The position numbers were made by a program, and so were the translations under genes. Shown in pieces: positions 61,836 to 64,000 of a stretch of DNA of 64,000 nucleotides. The stretch lies in NCBI GenBank assembly GCA_950097015.1, contig CATNEN010000007.1:8990001-9054000 (forward strand), read 5' to 3'. The number at the start of each line of letters is the position of its first letter. Position 1 is the first letter of the stretch. Origin of the DNA: Macrostomum hystrix. Its lineage: Eukaryota; Animalia; Platyhelminthes. The notes beneath the pieces are model-generated. The model was not told the DNA's origin, did not search any database, and was given only the letters and a program-made list of their open reading frames with translations.

Positions 61836-62230
61836 AAAATTTGTCATTTTCTATGAATGATACTGTAAAAAAATCGATTACCAACCGTTCATTGCAAAAT
61901 AAACAATTACCACGATTCATCGACAGCATGAAGTAATTCTAAAATACATTACTCATAAGGGAAACAAGACAAAAAGTGACAAAGACACACGTAAGTAACT
62001 ATTACGAAGCATTTTTAAACCGTTTTTATAAAGTCATAGTCGCTAATTAGTTTAAAAGCCAACAATCCCACAAGCTCGTAAATTATCCCACGACTGTTTA
62101 CCGAGCAGTTTCAGTAGAGCTTTGCCGCACATGATAATTATTTCTATTTATTAGAGCAAAAGTTCTCCACTTTAGCTGTAACATAAGAAATGAGAAAACA
62201 AGTAAATGCATTAAACCTGTCGCTTTGCAG

Positions 62231-64000
62231 AATGCTTCGAGAGCAGAAGCTCCGATCACACAGCGCCTGCAGCCAAGTCGAGTGCATCAAGGATCAGCTG
62301 GAGCAGCATCCAAATCCGCTACCGCTGCGTCTCCAGTTCTCAGTCGCCTTAACAGTCAGATGAGAGCCTTGCTGGATGCCATTGATCTCATTGAGAGGGA
62401 AGAGGAGAGATTCGACCACGGGTTTCCGCTGCCAGAAGTTGTTGTGGTCGGCGATCAGTCTGATGGAAAATCTACGTTGCTGGAAGCCATCTCAGGCGTG
62501 CAGCTACCCAAAGGAAGTGGAATTTGCACGCGATGTCCAATCAAGCTCTGCATTCGAGCTTCCGAGGCTGAATCGGCGTCAATCGCGTGAGGACCTCAGA
62601 GTTGCATTGGTTGCTTGAAAGCAAAGCGAATAGTGAAATGCTTGCTATATCAATAGCTTTTCGTCACAAGTTGCATTTAAAATAAACTTCCCTGTAAATT
62701 ATACTGTATGGGGTCTTTATCCACTATTGCATCTCTTAGGGACTCAGAAGGACGCAGAAAACGTTTTTCTAACACATGTCGAGGAGTCATTAAATTTTGA
62801 TGGATGAAAAAACAAGAATACGCTTGTCGAATTTCACTCTCGATGACATAAACCGCTGCGGTTTTTTTCAAAAAATAATTTTTATAATTCTAAAGGCTCC
62901 CAGGAAAAACTGGGAAGGAAGTAGTGGAAAGCCTCTCGGAGCTAGAAGGTCGTCTCCGTCGCGCACAAGAGGCTCTCTCTGGCGAGAAGAAATTCTCACG
63001 GGAACCGATTATCGTTGAAGTCCACGGCCCGAATCTGCCAAATTTGTCAGTGGTCGACCTTCCGGGAATTAATCGGTAAGTTACATTGAGACTCAGACTG
63101 CTCTAACAGTTGGGCAGGCACATTTCATGGTCTGGCCTACAGTTCTAAGTTAGGCGTAAAAAATAGCCATTGAAATGAACAGGAAAACTGAGCAGACCGA
63201 AGAAGAGATAGTCAGCCTTATCGACGAATGGATCGCCCGAGAGGAGACCATCATTCTCGTCGTTGCGAAGGCAACCAATGATATCGCGTCCTCTAAAGGC
63301 TATCAGATGGCCCGGAAAGTGGATCCTGAGAAAAAGCGGACGCACCTGGTGATGACGAACTGCGATGGATCGTTAGTCAATAAGGAAGACGACATCAAAG
63401 CACTTTTCAAAGAAGGGGACAGAACCCTTTTTGCAGTTAATTGCTTTCGCCCGAAGAACTCAACAGTGAGTAGTGAGCAACTCATTGAGCAAGAGGCCAG
63501 ATTCTTTGCGCAGCATGAACTGTTTAAGCATTTCCCAAGGAATACTGGAACAGCAAACTTGGTCAAATCGTTGGAGGACATGTTGTGTGAAAAAATTGCG
63601 CCATATCGACAAAAAATTATGGCTTACGCGGCGGTAAGTAATTTTAATTTCAATTCAAGTTTTAGAAAAAGATTCGCCGAGTGTAAAGGAGCATAATTAA
63701 TTTTAGAATAAAGTGAAACAGCTCGAAACTGAGCTGACACAGCAAGAGTCCTTGAAGGAGCGCATTATGAGCGCAGCCGACTCTTGCATCTTTAAGATTC
63801 GCCAAGAATTTCTGGAGCAGGTGACTGGCTCGGACCGGCGCCGGCCGAACTCACTCTACCACCGGTGCGAACAAGTTTGGATCACATTTGGAAATCAGAT
63901 CAGGAAAAAGTCGGAAGATCTACGTAATAATTGTGAGTACTCGTTGTATTCGTATTCTCTGTTTCATTATCTCTGCGTTTCGATTTCGTTGTGAGTGCAT
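62231..64000 (+). CDS. Mx/dynamin-like large GTPase (partial; continues beyond window)
   Basis: Exons ~62231-62586 (LPEVVVVGDQSDGKSTLLEAISGVQLPKGSGICTRCP), 62896-63075 (GPNLPNLSVVDLPG), 63183-63633 (ETIILVV..DIA..ARKVDP..RTHLVMTNCD), ~63708-63932. Possible upstream exon ending at ~60163. Confidence 0.88.

Overview
Eukaryotic (metazoan) genomic DNA with spliceosomal introns, GC-rich exons and very dense minisatellites. This style suggests a free-living flatworm such as Macrostomum (inference only). From left to right: a multi-exon nephrin/Sns/SYG-2-like gene (about 9 Ig + FN3 + TM, minus strand, 3.5-13.2 kb); a very AT-rich island; a TOM1-like GAT-domain gene with no visible VHS exons; a complete TBC1D32/broad-minded ciliary gene with an upstream RFX X-box and a different tandem repeat in about half of its introns; a deleted Tc1-like element; a near-identical inverted 3' fragment of the fucosyltransferase gene fused to a satellite; three large satellite arrays and a truncated RTE-like LINE; an intact DD34D mariner; an intronless GT10 alpha-1,3-fucosyltransferase; a cluster of small TATA-driven secreted-protein genes (Kazal-like, PAN+LamG/pentraxin-like, PAN+C-type lectin and a deleted paralog); tRNA-derived SINEs; a hAT-type non-autonomous element with 8-bp TSD; and the 5' part of an Mx/dynamin-like GTPase with atypical G1/G4 motifs. 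No prokaryotic systems or CRISPR arrays are present. Exon boundaries were read by eye and are approximate.
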